Shown: positions 13,610 through 26,451 of the stretch, piece by piece
How positions within the stretch are numbered: the stretch's first letter is position 1
Layout: every line of letters starts with the position of its first letter
Source of the DNA: Octopus bimaculoides
Taxonomy: Eukaryota
Direction of reading: 5' to 3'
DNA: 64,000 bases
NCBI RefSeq assembly: GCF_001194135.2
Contig: NC_068984.1
Location: 65,480,713 to 65,544,712, forward strand
Notes under the pieces: generated by a model
What the model saw: only the letters and a program-made list of their open reading frames with translations
Database searches by the model: none
Told to the model about the DNA's origin: nothing
Translations under genes and position numbers: made by a program

Positions 13610-13816
13610 TTTCAAATTTTAGCACAAGACTAGTAAATTCAAGGGAATAAGTTGATTACATCAACCCCAGCGTACAACTGGTACTTACTTTATCGATTTC
13701 AAAGGGGTGACAGGCAAAGTCAACCTTGTCAGAATCTGAACTCAGAACATAATGACAGATGAAATGCCACTAAACATTTTGCCCAGTGTCATGATGATTC
13801 TGCTTACTCACTGCCT
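13610..13816 (-). mobile_element. tRNA-derived SINE, family C
   Basis: caactggtacttactttatcga..ggcaaagtcaacct..tgaactcagaac..aaatgcc.ctaa.cattt; similar to 26452-26668 and 59230-59448. Confidence 0.75.
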
Positions 13817-13879
13817 TATATGATATTACAATATGTATACTGCACTAACACATATCTGAATTTATTTCACAGGCATAAA

Positions 13880-14540
13880 TCATTATGGTCAGCTAATTGT
13901 TGTCCCTAAATGACCTTGGTACAGGTGTGTTATCTAACTAGAAATTAAAACTTTTTCCCAGAGGGAACGATTAGCAATTTTGACGCAACAGTTGAGGCAC
14001 ACTGGTTAAGACAGCAGAAAATTGATTTCAAAGGTATTCCTAAACCTTCAACATCATTAACAAGCAAACAAGTGGCTGTGTGCAAAAATGTTTTGGTCAA
14101 CAGCATCAACTGGCAGCTGTTGCAGGCATTTCCAAGAAATAGCCATGCATACAAATCAATAGACACTTTTGTGGATCAGGAAGAAATAGTTCACTATCCA
14201 ACAGAATTTTAAAATTTAGTACAAGTCTCAAGCCTACTGCTACACAGCTTAAAAAAAATTCCCCATTGATAACCTTTGTGTAATTTAGATCAGCTGCAGC
14301 TATGCAAGAGTATTAGAGTAATGATTAAGAAGCTTATGTTTCATGCCATTCTGTTGGTACACCAAAGTAGAGGATGCAATTATATACAAAATTCCAGTCA
14401 TAACAACACATGCGCCTTTCAATAAAGAAGAATTAAGTTTCCAGAACACCTAAGCTTTGTCATATCAATCAATAAATCACAAGGGCAAACATTGACAGTT
14501 GCTCAACTACACATTGATGAATAGTGCTTTATTTCTGCAG
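13880..14540 (+). mobile_element. decayed Helitron Rep/Hel (PIF1-family helicase C-terminal part)
   Basis: Translates to YKSIDTFVDQEEIVHYPTEF (14150-14209) and INKSQGQTL (14468-14494). These match Helitron/PIF1 helicase motifs (YKSIDT..YPTEFLNSL; TINKSQGQTL). Multiple stops and frameshifts. Confidence 0.8.
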
Positions 14541-14664
14541 TAAAACCAAGGCATTAGATATCCTAATATGTTCAGAATTCTCTGTCTTATGATAGAAAAA
14601 GATCTAATATCACAGATGCTAGGGCTCTCTACAAATCTAAATATTATTTCTTTATCACTGCATA

Positions 14665-14871
14665 TATGAGGGGGTGCTGAAAAGTTCCTTGCTTTGGGTA
14701 AAAGAAAATACAGGAGAATTTTATTCAACATATTCCTCTAGCAGATTCACACAGCTATTGCAGTGGTCCTTCAGTTTTTCTAAGTCATGTAAAAGAACTT
14801 CAAAAGTTGGATCTCCAACCAGGCCTTTCACGATACCCTTAAAGCAAGGATCTTTTCAGCACCTCTTCATA
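14665..14871. mobile_element. Tc1/mariner-type MITE with ~30-bp TIRs and TA TSD
   Basis: Left TAtgagggggtgctgaaaagttccttgcttt; right aaagcaaggatcttttcagcacctcttcaTA. Mariner-like TIR start. Confidence 0.85.
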
Positions 14872-15549
14872 TTGCAGCTTGATTATTTGGATGTTTTCCT
14901 TCAAGATGCTCCAGTTTACACATGTTTTAAGAATGATTTTATTTTCATGATTTATTTACCTCTCAACATTTCAGTTTTTACTCATTTTCAAATTATTTTA
15001 GGAATTACAGAATTCCAAGACTGAAGATAATATTTTGTTCAACAGTAGTTTGAAAGGAAATAAAACAATTTTTACATTTACTTAATCTTGTGTTCTTATT
15101 TAATGATTGAATTAAGTATATTTCATTGACACAATTAATTTACTAAATATACAATTAATATTGAGCATGTATCTGTGCATGAAACTATGGACTGCAATAA
15201 ATGTACTGCAAAAAAATTTCACTTCTGACTCTTTTAAAGAGAAATCCTTTACTAGTGTCTATTAAACCAAATATACTTACATAATATTAAATATATCATT
15301 TACAGATACTTTCAGCCAGTGTGTGTGCGTATTTTCCCTGCTGAATGTATAGTTAACTCCCATCTTGCCAATAGCATCTTTATACATGGGTTGCACAGTT
15401 CACCCAAACATTCATCTACACCGAGTTTTCTTAGTGACAACCAAACAACAGAGCATGGTTTCTCTTGTAGTTGTTTCACTAGGAACAGGGCATTAGTAGA
15501 ATACCATTTTGGCAAAACCCCAAGCTCTATCTGATCTAAATGAATTCTC

Positions 15550-15960
15550 TTAACCCATAACCTACTAGGATTTTGCTGTATGTAACACAAACTGCTAAGC
15601 CTATTTTGGGTAAAGTTATTCTGCCAATCAACATCGATCTATCAATCGAAAAAAATACTCAGTGTTTCTTAACACCTTCTATGATTGGCTACACTGTTTC
15701 TGGGGTGAAAGGGTATCGTGTGCATACATTATACGTCATCAAAATTAGGTCAAATCATGCCCTACTTCCGTGGCCACGCACGTGGTCTGTCGCACTGAGG
15801 TGGCTTATCACAGTTTATGAGTTAATTTATAGCACTATAACTGTTTCTGCTACTTTCAAAATTTGGGCCAACAATTTAATGCCCCTGTGCTTGTTTCTCT
15901 CTAAAAAACACATTCCTTAGATTTCGAAACAATTGGAAATGATGTAGTTGAATCAGTCAT
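15550..15960 (+). mobile_element. possible piggyBac-type non-autonomous remnant (left end only)
   Basis: TTAA-CCC start at 15550 followed by a CpG-richer segment. No matching right end was found, and the extent is a guess. Confidence 0.3.
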
Positions 15961-16009
15961 TAGAAATGACAACTTTTTATTCAACTTATTTGTCTATAAA
16001 AGAGACGAA

Positions 16010-16230
16010 CTCATGTTCTACTTGCTCAGCATCTATTTCTGATGGTTCTGGTACTTCTCATGCATTTGTATACTTAATCACCTTTTCAACCATATAGCTA
16101 TCAACTTCATTAACTAGACCATCTATTGTGTCTACTTAGATTAGTTTCACTCCTTCATGCAAATACACCCTCTTCAGTACTCTCTTTAAGTAGAATTTCT
16201 TTACCCCTTTCCACTCAGTTTCCATTTGAG
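16010..16230 (-). mobile_element. decayed RTE-like LINE fragment (EN-RT linker)
   Basis: Minus translation DTIDGLVNEVDSYMVEKVIK..STRTIRN resembles the RTE linker EITEEEVRKAIK..KAPGPSGI. Confidence 0.4.
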
Positions 16231-16429
16231 CTGGTTGTCTTTGTGTGTGTAAGTGGTAACAAATGAAAGAAAAGAGAAATAACTCAGTATTACCATAAAA
16301 ACTTAAACAAAGATGAATAATTGGGTATTAAATACCATACAATATAAGTTCTTCATTTATTGAAATTACCTTCATTTCAAGAGATGGTAAGCAAATGCCT
16401 GCTAAATTTGTGATCAATTCTGAATAAGA

Positions 16430-16670
16430 AGAGATGATAATCTGAAGTAGAGTTACTTAGACAAGATGCATAGTTTGGAGATCAAGAAGTCTCTCCAGCT
16501 TGAGCCACTATTTCTTTGTATTGAGAGGTCACAGTTTTGGTACAATGTATATGTGATTAAAATGTCACTGAAAGAATCAAAAATCATAAGATGGGTTCTT
16601 CAAGCTGACCCAATTGAGAGGAGACCTAGGAGTAGACCAAGAATGAGATGGTTGAATAACAATCCATAGT
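16430..16670 (+). mobile_element. decayed RTE-like LINE 3' fragment
   Basis: ..RWVLQADPIERRPRSRPRMRWLN matches the RTE C-terminal G.RPRGRP..RW motif. Confidence 0.55.
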
Positions 16671-19429
16671 CTCAATTGTTCACATTTTGGAAACTAACCA
16701 GAAAGTCTACTGGGGGCTCTGACAAAACCCTATTGAGGAAGTGTCTGAGGATTCTATCCTCATGACCTTCCTAGAAATAATGGGCAGAGAAGATGGATGG
16801 ATGGAGCTTCAGTTCAAGAGGTGGCAAGTAAATGCCAAATGGTATTTATAAACCAACTTTAAATGAAAATATGACATAATCTTAAAAATCAGGGTTTCTC
16901 TGAAATTGACATGTTATTAAAAAAATGTTATTCTGAGTTAGTTGAAAGATGATAATGTATATAAAGATGTAATATCATGAGGAGCCAAAGAATAGGGGTT
17001 GGGAATGTCCTTTAAAGTAAAATAACTTCCTGTACATTCAGATGGTATTTGTTCTTGTTGGTCTTGTCTGAAATATCTCATTTATCTCTTTAAGATAAAA
17101 ATATTAAGAGATGGTTATTGAGCTATTCTTATTTTATTTAACTTTTTTATAAATCACTAGCTTCATGAACATTTTCCAAATTCCTCAGTATGTGGATATT
17201 TTCCAAGTTCCTCAGTATGAGAATACTGACACTCAAAATAGTTAATGCCTTTTCATTAATGCTGAGCTTCCTGGGTTCCTCACCTTCATGTCCTCCTTAG
17301 TGGCCTCTTTCCAAAGCCCTTGTGACTGTAGCTCAAACAAATCTTCATTGCTCAGCTCATACATAGAGTGGCATTCAAACACTTTATGAACATTTTCCAT
17401 AAATTTTACATTACAGTTATTTCCCCAGTTTCACCAAGTTATTAGCCTCTATCTTTGAAATCATTGTAAATTGTGGACAAAGATTGTTCAATACACTATT
17501 CTTGTTGGTAGTCTCTTTTCTAGACAACAAGTATTAATGTCCCCAATAACATTGTAGATCATATAGTCCTTCCAAAACTTCCTTAGTCTTACTCCATTCT
17601 TTACTTGCCTTCACAGACTGCAAGCTTATCCTAACCATTTTCAGTCTCCTTCCACCATCTATTTCTGTCTTCACAGAGTATGTGTAAGTTCTGCACAGGT
17701 AGTATACCATTAAAACTAGCTATGGCACATTGATCCATAGGATAAAGACCAGGTAATATTGGATGACATATAAACAACCTTGATGTTGATATGGAAATTG
17801 ATAAGGAATGATGGATAAACATTATTCATAATAAGCAGAACATCAAAGATTGGCTCCTTTTGTTTACAAAATAAAGGATAGAATTACTCTTCAAAAAGTT
17901 ACTTTTGTCATTCATGCTTTAAGGGTAAACTCCAACACAAGAGTGAACCTTTAACAAAAGCCTCAAGGGTTCAAGATATTGTTAAATGACAAACTTGTAG
18001 AAGCATAAGTATGCAGTCTTCAGCAGCATTTCGAACAAACAGGAATGAAATTCTGTGTTTCGATACCTTAAACTATTTGGCAATACAATCCTGTCTTGTA
18101 AACATTGAACACCTAGGTAACCTTCCTCATCAATAACTTAGAAAATCACTGCTGCTGCTAACATGTCAGCACTGGCAGCATCACCATCCCCATTTAAGCT
18201 GCACAACTTTGAAACTGCTTTAAATCAGTGGAACCAAGCATGGCTAGCAGTAAACGCTCCTTCACCAACACCCTCAGCCTTTGAATCTTCAAAGGGAGAT
18301 TTGGTTTCTGCTGAATTAAATTAAGGTTTAAAGGCATATGGTGTTGATGCTAGTCATCCATCCACACACTCAGAAGTGTTTCTATTTCTTCCATCACTGA
18401 TCTTCATTTCTTAGTAATTATCACAGAATGTATTTATACATAACCTTTAATCTGTTACATAATATGCTCCTTATCCTTTAAAATTGTTGAAACAGTAGAA
18501 CGATTCATTCCCTGTGCACCTGCTATATTTATCATTTTCTCACATCTTTCATTTCACTTTAATGAACCCCCTAGTTTTCAGCAGAATAATGGTTTCTAAC
18601 ATAGTCACAAACCCAGGAATCTAGGGAAGAGGTTGTCCAATTAAATCAACCCCAGAACTCAACTGGTATTTTAATTAATTTATAAATCAGGAAAGATGAA
18701 ATACAAAATAAATAAATAAATGAATAAATAAACTGCTTCTTGCTATCGCCATCATTACTGGCACTGTTTCAGATATTTCTAAAATATGTTGAAGTAATTG
18801 CATTTTAACAAAAACAACAAATAACTCCATATAATACTGTAATATCACAGAAGCACAACATTTTTACTGCTTTAACTGCATGAAACAATGTTAATGCCAC
18901 CTATTGTATGCCTGTGGACCCACTAAATTAACACACTAATGGATCTGGAGAACAGTTTGTTCAAATTTTTTCAGTCAGAAATTTTAACATTTGTAATTAA
19001 AGGAGCTCCCATATGAGAGTGTCTGTGTAAGTACATGCATGTGCATGTTACTATACATGAGTGTATGCTTACATGTGTGTGTGTGTATGTGTGTTGTACA
19101 TGTATATATATCTATATATATACATGCATGTGTGTGTGTTGCATGTATANNNNNNNNNNNNNNNNNNNNNNNTATATATATATATATATATGTATAATGT
19201 GCATGCATGCATGTATGTGTGCGTAATATTTATCTAACTATAATACATAACTCTTTCACAGATTTTAAACCTAAATAGTAGGGGGCACATTTTACTTGAG
19301 AACAAAATTTTATCTATTTTTAGAATACTGACCAAGGTTTTCCACATGTCATTGATAACTCATTGTTTGTATAATGTTTGTATTGTTTATCTGTGTTACC
19401 CATTCATAACTGCTATCAATGATGCTACC

Positions 19430-20030
19430 TTCACCCCAAATTTTGTCTCACCCACCCCACTCACTACAGCCACTTTCATGTACCTCTGAGCTCAGTTCAT
19501 CAGCCTTCCTAACCTTCCACTCCCAGACCCTGCACATCATTTCCCTACATTCTCAGCTATCCATAGATATATGATACTACTGCTAATCACTTACTCCTGC
19601 CTGAGTAACTTGTATCTCTCAGACCTCCTCCTCCATACTGATATTTACCATCAGCCATACCTCCACTCTTTTTCTTCACTCACTACATCTATCTCTACCC
19701 CAGTCTCTAACCATTTGTCATCCTCCTCCCACACTCTAAGAAATTACCCATTCTTTTTATCCCATTTGATCCACAGTCTATAATCTCCCTTATACTCAAC
19801 AACTTGTACCTGCGGAATATGATCTGGTGCCTCATCACCACCATCCTTATATCCCTTCCAGCTCTTCTCACCCACCTTTGCATAATGTGTGGTAACCATG
19901 TAACTCCTCTATAGCAAGACACCTCTGTTTTCCCCCCTCTATCATACTTTAGCCTTCAACTCCTGGCATAAAATCATCTCCTTTTCTCTCAAATAAACTC
20001 TCAATCTATCAAGGAAACTTTTTAATTTTC
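19430..20030 (+). mobile_element. decayed L2/CR1-like LINE fragment (endonuclease tail)
   Basis: C/T-rich coding-like tract. MILLLITYSCLSNLYLSDLLLHTD resembles the LDLVIT..SNL.ISD.LL.SDH motif. Confidence 0.45.
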
Positions 20031-20059
20031 CTATTTTCACTCAGTCTTGCAAAATATTT

Positions 20060-20800
20060 GGTGACCTCACTGGTACTGGCATCATGGAAAGAAGCATTCA
20101 GTTTACTCCTTAAAGTGGTTGATGTTAGGAAGAGCATCCAGCCATAGAAATCAAGCCAAAGCTGATGCCATGGCCTTATACTGGTTTTGAAAGTAAGCTC
20201 CTCATATATGATAGATGCACTGGAGCAGTACATACTATAAGCACACTAGAAATGGATTTTCTTAAATACCTGGATTACTTTCTAGAAGTTGATAGTTTTT
20301 GTGACCCAGGAGATGTAATTAGCAAGGGGTGTTTTTGTTTTGAAAGTATAACAAGCCAGGGTAAGAACATGTTGCAGAAAGTTGAGGGAGCTATTATCAC
20401 TACTAGTAACAAAAGCCTTTTCCCTTAGAATGAAGATCAGATTGTATGACACTTATGCTAGAACTACAACACTGCATGATAACGAGACATTTGCTTTGAA
20501 TGTAGAGAAGACATGAAAGAAATGAAACAAGCACGCTCCACAAGATACGCAATGTAAATATGTTTATGAATGACATAGTTTAAGAGAAAAAATTAGGCAT
20601 AAGAGGAATTAGACGTATGAATGAAAGCTGTGCTGTTATGAATATGTGATGCATGTAGATGAGGACAGCTGCATAAAGAAGTGCTAATCAGTTAATGTGG
20701 ATGGAGCTTGTGAAAGAGGTAGACCCAGGAAAACACGGGGCAAAGTGGCAAAGACTGTACTCAGGACTTTCAGGCCCATAGAAGATATGATCAGGGATGC
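20060..20800 (+). mobile_element. RTE LINE 3' fragment preceded by a family-D piece, inserted within the L2/CR1 remnant
   Basis: LEVDSFCDPGDVISKG.CFESIT resembles RTE EVVD.FCYLGD..S..GGC...VT.R. Also DGACERGRPRKT near 20700. Confidence 0.75.
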
Positions 20801-21230
20801 CTACCTATTTCTTTCCCATCCCACACTCTTGCAACCTACCCAATCACTTATCCTCCTTTTTTCTCTCTTTCTTCTTACTCTTGACAACAGTAAGATAAAT
20901 CCTATTTTGCTGCTTCTCAACCAATGCATTGTTGATAACTATCAACTCTTACCTACCATGCACTACATCCACTGCTCAACTCTATCCAATCTCTTCAGTT
21001 ATCACCTACTCTTCCTTATTTTCCTTCTTTATCATCCATTAACTATTGTTCTTCATTCACTATATTCACCCCCATGCAAATTCCCCAATCTCTTCCTTTC
21101 TCACACACTTCTGCAAACTTTATTCACATACATTCATGGTTCCTCTATCCCCATTCCCTTTAACTCACATTGCACCTTGCGGGTCAACCCAAACATCTCA
21201 TCAGCATTATTTTCATCTCTTTAAGGTCCA
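20800..21230 (+). mobile_element. continuation of the decayed L2/CR1-like fragment
   Basis: Same C/T-rich composition. SKINPILLLLNQCIVDNYQ weakly resembles the RT-proximal K.A.I.PILKK..LD..NYRP motif. Confidence 0.35.
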
Positions 21231-21688
21231 TAAAATGAAATGAAAATGAGCTAAGAGAAATTATTCAGAGAGGTCGGTTGAACAAAAAGAAATGGAAAAT
21301 GGTACATTAAATACCATACAAAACAGATTCTTTATTTACAGAAATACTGACAGGAAGGAATAGAGGCCAAGTCCCATTTATGAAGAGGACATAATCTCAA
21401 GAAGAAAGTATTCTGCAAAATCGACATGCCATTTAGAAAAAAATTCAACCTTAGAAGAGACACTCACACTCACATGCACACACACGCACTACTATCAATA
21501 CATCATGTATTTATGTGTGTGTGTGTGTGTGTGTGTGTGTCTTTGAAAAAATAAATAGAAATGGTTTCCCTGATAATTTTTCCACTTTAATAATTGGATG
21601 TTAAAGTGGAAAAATTATCAGAAAAATCTTTCTATTCATTTTTTTCAAATATATTACATTGTACCAAGAATTTTCTATTTCTTATTCT

Positions 21689-21722
<34 letters not shown>

Positions 21723-22374
21723 TAAAGATGACTGTGTGTGTGTAGTTGTTGCATGCATGGCTGTGTTGTTTCCCTTTCAGGTTCAGTCCCATACTATATG
21801 CCAGTGTAGTTAAGTGCCTTCTACTGTAGCCTCAGGCTAACTAATGCATTGTGAACATATTTGATGTATTGATACTGTAAAAGCGTGTTGCGTATGAGTA
21901 TGTGTGCATGCATGCATATGTGTGCATACCTGTATGAATGTTTGTCAAGGTGAATGTTTACAATCTGCTCCCACAGATTATAAATATTTGCAGATGGTAA
22001 CATCATCATTTGTAGCCGGGCTACTGCCAGTATTGCTTGTTGACATTTCCTGTCGACAATTCATCCACTAATTTTGCCTTTGAATTTCTCCGGAATTAAA
22101 ATTCTCTCACTTGAATAACTTGAGAAACAGGTAAGGGTTGGCAACATGAAGAGCAGCCAGCTGTAAAAAAAAATTCTGCTTTTCCTGCTTCATGTAACTC
22201 CTCTGACTAACCTTTGCTAGCGTGGCAGAGCATACATTGAATGAATACATATATTTATATATTCATAGAAACACACACACATAGACACATATATCATTGA
22301 TATTATGTTAAACTGTAGTACGTCCAAATTTGGCCAAATACATTTTTTTCAATATTTAATTTTGCTTGCAATAG

Positions 22375-22466
22375 CTGGTTCTTTTGGTCAAACTGTCATA
22401 TCTTCAGCTATTTCAGATGAGAATTGTCAAAGTGTAGTACAACAGTTTAGCATTTCTCAAAGTGTA
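22375..22466 (+). CDS. candidate internal coding exon (92 nt, phase 1-0), xGSFGQTVISSAISDENCQSVVQQFSISQSV
   Basis: Acceptor ttaattttgcttgcaatAG, donor GTA|GTAAGC. Open frame within ORF 22305..22535, with protein-like composition. Confidence 0.5.
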
Positions 22467-22675
22467 GTAAGCCCCACATACGACAGTTTTGCAAAAATAT
22501 TTCTGACTGAAAATATCATACATGCATGGAGATAGGATTTTATGCACCCAACAAAGTATTATTGTTAAGCTGAAACTGCTGCTAATGTAAAAAGAAATAG
22601 AATGGTGAAACTATTTTTTTCGTTTTCTGAAAAAGCAATGTTTTGGACTTTCAACATGTTTGCATAATAGCAACG

Positions 22676-22714
<39 letters not shown>

Positions 22715-23499
22715 NNNNNNNNNNNNNNNNNNNNNNNNNNNACACACACTGACACACACACACACACACACACTCACACTCACACACTCACACACACACA
22801 CACACTCACACACACACACTCACACACACACACATCTATATTACTTTATCTATACATTATTTCTATTACTGTGCATTATTCTAAAACAGAAATGCAATAT
22901 TTATATACATGTATCTGTGTATGTATTTCAGTATTTGATCATATCCACTTATGAACACATGCAAGTACATATATAATCACTCATGCATATTTATAATCTC
23001 GTTTCTCCAGATAAATTGGAGATCTTTCATACATACACATAAGTACATACTCATTGTGCCTGAGACACTGATTTGATCTTTCTTATACACATACTTACAC
23101 ATAAATAATGGCTAAATGGAAATTGATAGGAGAATTTAGGCACACAATCCAGAGAGTGATGCAAAAATGAACATACTGCAGCAACCTTAAGGTTTTGAAT
23201 TTGGAATGTCACTAAACACACAATCCTTTACAAACTTAAGTATGTATATACATATACATACATAGCTAAACTTTTTTCAACTCTCTAATTCCTACAAAAT
23301 TTATATGAGACCTTCCTGTCACTAACTACAGTATCAATTTTCCTTTTGTATATATTTCTATTTTCTCTAATATCTTCTATATTTTTAGTAATTTTGTTTC
23401 CCAAATTTTTACCTACCCACATAGTTTTCTGCAGCTAGTTAGGAAGGAAATAAATAAATAAATAAATAAATAAGGACATAAAGAATATGAAAAATAAAG

Positions 23500-23500
23500 T

Positions 23501-23544
<44 letters not shown>

Positions 23545-23545
23545 A
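23500..23545. repeat. (TAG)n microsatellite
   Basis: Direct reading. Confidence 0.95.
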
Positions 23546-23964
23546 ATGCGTTTCAATGGAAATATCGTCTAACTTACAGTTAGTTAATTTCACCTTCAAT
23601 ATAAGTTGGAAAGACAATTTGCTTAATGAAACAAAAATGTGATAGACTGTAAAAATGGTTGTATTAGATAAATACTTTTGTGGCTTTACTTTTCAATAAC
23701 ACAGAACTGAGTCATACGCTATAATGTCAAAGACAATCAGTTCACTAACAGTGTTTCTACCATATATCAGTAAATTATATACTGCAAGCAGTTTGCTAAA
23801 AATATATCAAGGAATGTTTATTTCAGTATATAAATATGATTTTACATTGATGCTTTCTTCTTGCCTGTTCTTCTATCTCTTTGTTTGGTTATTTCCATTT
23901 TTTTCCTGTTTATTTAACTTGTCTTTCATTCTGAGCATCAATATTTGCATTGTTGATATATACA

Positions 23965-23993
23965 AATATATGTGTGTACACACATATGTACAT

Positions 23994-24062
<69 letters not shown>

Positions 24063-24205
24063 CACACACACATATATATTATATACATATACATACACAC
24101 ATATATATTATATACATATATACACACACATACCCACATACATATATATACATATAAACACATGCACACACATAGATACACACACACACACACACACATA
24201 TATAC
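23965..24205. repeat. compound (CA)n/(AT)n microsatellite
   Basis: Direct reading; source of several pseudo-ORFs. Confidence 0.95.
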
Positions 24206-24639
24206 ACAAATATTAAAATGAGAATACAATATATGATAAAACTATAGCCACTAGGTATGTATTATAGATCTTCATTTTGGTTTTTAATTTTGATCACTAT
24301 ATATATATATACATTGATGCATAAACTCTTGCTACTTATATTTTATATCATTTTGTTCACTTGGATGTGTAAATTTTGGAGTACTTGTGTTTTCAATAAC
24401 TTTAAAAGACTACCTCAGTGAATACTTTTAATATGTACCCTTAAAAAAAATGTAATAGAAAAGGAACATTAAATGATTTTGAAAAGCATTAATGCTAAAA
24501 CTTCATATAACACTCACATCTCCATGACTATATGTAACAATTATCTATTTATCCATCATTCAACCCTAAACAGCCACCCACCTACCCATCCATCCATCCA
24601 TTTAGGCAGCTCATCCATATGGTCCTATCAGAAGCAACC

Positions 24640-25145
24640 AAATCCAGCTGGATTCCAAAACACAACTAACCAAGACTATGGATATTATCATACTATCTCA
24701 TTCTTGGTTGATCCTTAGGTTTCTTGCCATTTGCCTTGGCTAGAAGAATCTGTCTTTTGATTGTTTCCTGTGACATCATAATTACAAATCAATAATACTA
24801 GAGCCATGACCTCTCCATATTGAGAAGTAGTCACTTGACCAGGAGAGACTCCTTGATTTCTAAGCTATACACCCTGTCAAGAACTATTACTCCAGAGATC
24901 TTTTGAAAGAACCCCATTTCAATTGCTTATAGCCACAATCATAGTTTTAGTCACTACCCAACATCCATGACTAGAGGTGATGATAGGCACATAAGCCAAA
25001 TTGAAGATAGTGAGTTTGGTTGGATTTTTTTTTTTACCAACCACTCCTCTTCTGAAGTACAAATGCTGGTATTGGCACATCACTGTGCCAGTACTTGCAA
25101 TTCTAGAATCCAATTCAGCCTCCTGCCTTACATCTTTATAATTAT
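24640..25145 (-). mobile_element. decayed RTE LINE 3' fragment
   Basis: ELDSRIASTGTVM..TKLTIFNLAYVPIITSSHGCWVVTKTM matches RTE E.DRRIGAASAVM..KLSIY.SIYVPTLTYGHE.WVVTERM. A GKKPKDQPRMR motif lies near 24670. Confidence 0.75.
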
Positions 25146-26451
25146 GCAATAAAACAATTGCTATTAATTATTCCAATTATTAATAATTAAGAGGCAGGTG
25201 GTTCAAAGGAATGGTAGAATACAAGACTAAATGCTTTATGGTGGAGAGGCAGAGTTGGTAGAGTTGGGTAAAATGTGAAGCAGTATTAGTATTTAATTAC
25301 ACTGCTTTATGGTTTAAGCATAAATCCTGCTAAGAATAATTTTGTCTTTCATCTTTCTGTATATATAATCATCATCATTTAACATTCATGATCCAAAATG
25401 ATATGGGTTGGATGGTTTGACAGGAGCTGGCAAACAAGAGAACAGCACCAGGCTCCACAGTCAAATACTGAGATCACTTCTTTCAAAGAAAACATGCTAG
25501 TTTTTAATTCATTGCCCAGATCCCTATATGTTCCAGCTTGTTACCATTCTTCCTGTAAGCCCTCCTACCCACCCACAAACAACCATCAGACCAATCAAAC
25601 AGCTAATGTGAGTAGCCACTTGCTGCATGTTTTTTTTTCCCTTAGGCATCAGCCTAAAAATAAAAATAAACTAACAACCCTAGTAATAAGCAGCAGTAAC
25701 TTCCATGCTGCCCTTCAACCATATCACTTTCTTCAAAATCTGGACTTGTAAGTCATCAGAATTTCTACTTTAGAAATCCTTCTTTAGTTCAATTTTATTA
25801 TATTCTGAGTTGAAATCCTCCTCGGTTCATTCAAGCTTTTATCTCTTTTGGGACAAAACATAAGCTGCACTTGTATACTTGTGTCAATTCAATCCCCAAT
25901 ATTTCTCCAAAACAGATTAGTTGCACTATTCAGTCATGATTATGAGAAAAAATTATTATTACAGTTTTGATCCTCTAAAATTGATTTTGCTTTACATTAT
26001 CCAAGTTTACTAAAATAAAGATAAGACAAAATTCAAGTTACAGAAATAATAGTTGTTATTATCATGACTAATATTTTTGTTACAAGACTACCAATTTTGA
26101 TGTCAGTTATAGTCAACTGGATCAATACCAGTAATTTGATTCGTACTTTATTTTATCAGCAGCTTTAGAAATAGGAAAAGTAAAAACCAACAACAGTGGG
26201 ATTTGAAATCAGAATGTAATGGCTGAAATTCAATACTCCAAGGCATTTTGTCTGATACTTTACTAATGTTGCTGCTCAGAAAACCAGTGGGATATCAGAT
26301 ACAGCAGAGTGTTTGAATATAAACCAAGCAGCATTTTTTGTTGTTTTTGGCAGAGGGTCCGATTATGCACTTTCTTGTAATAACTTGTGGTTTGTGGTTT
26401 GTAGTATTTGCAATATCAGTGTTGAAAAGATATTATTATTGTTGCATATTA

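Noticed and set aside
14674-15024. 116-aa ORF MLKSSLLWVKENTGEF..
   Set aside because: The first half lies inside the non-coding mariner MITE and the rest is AT-rich. No recognisable domain.
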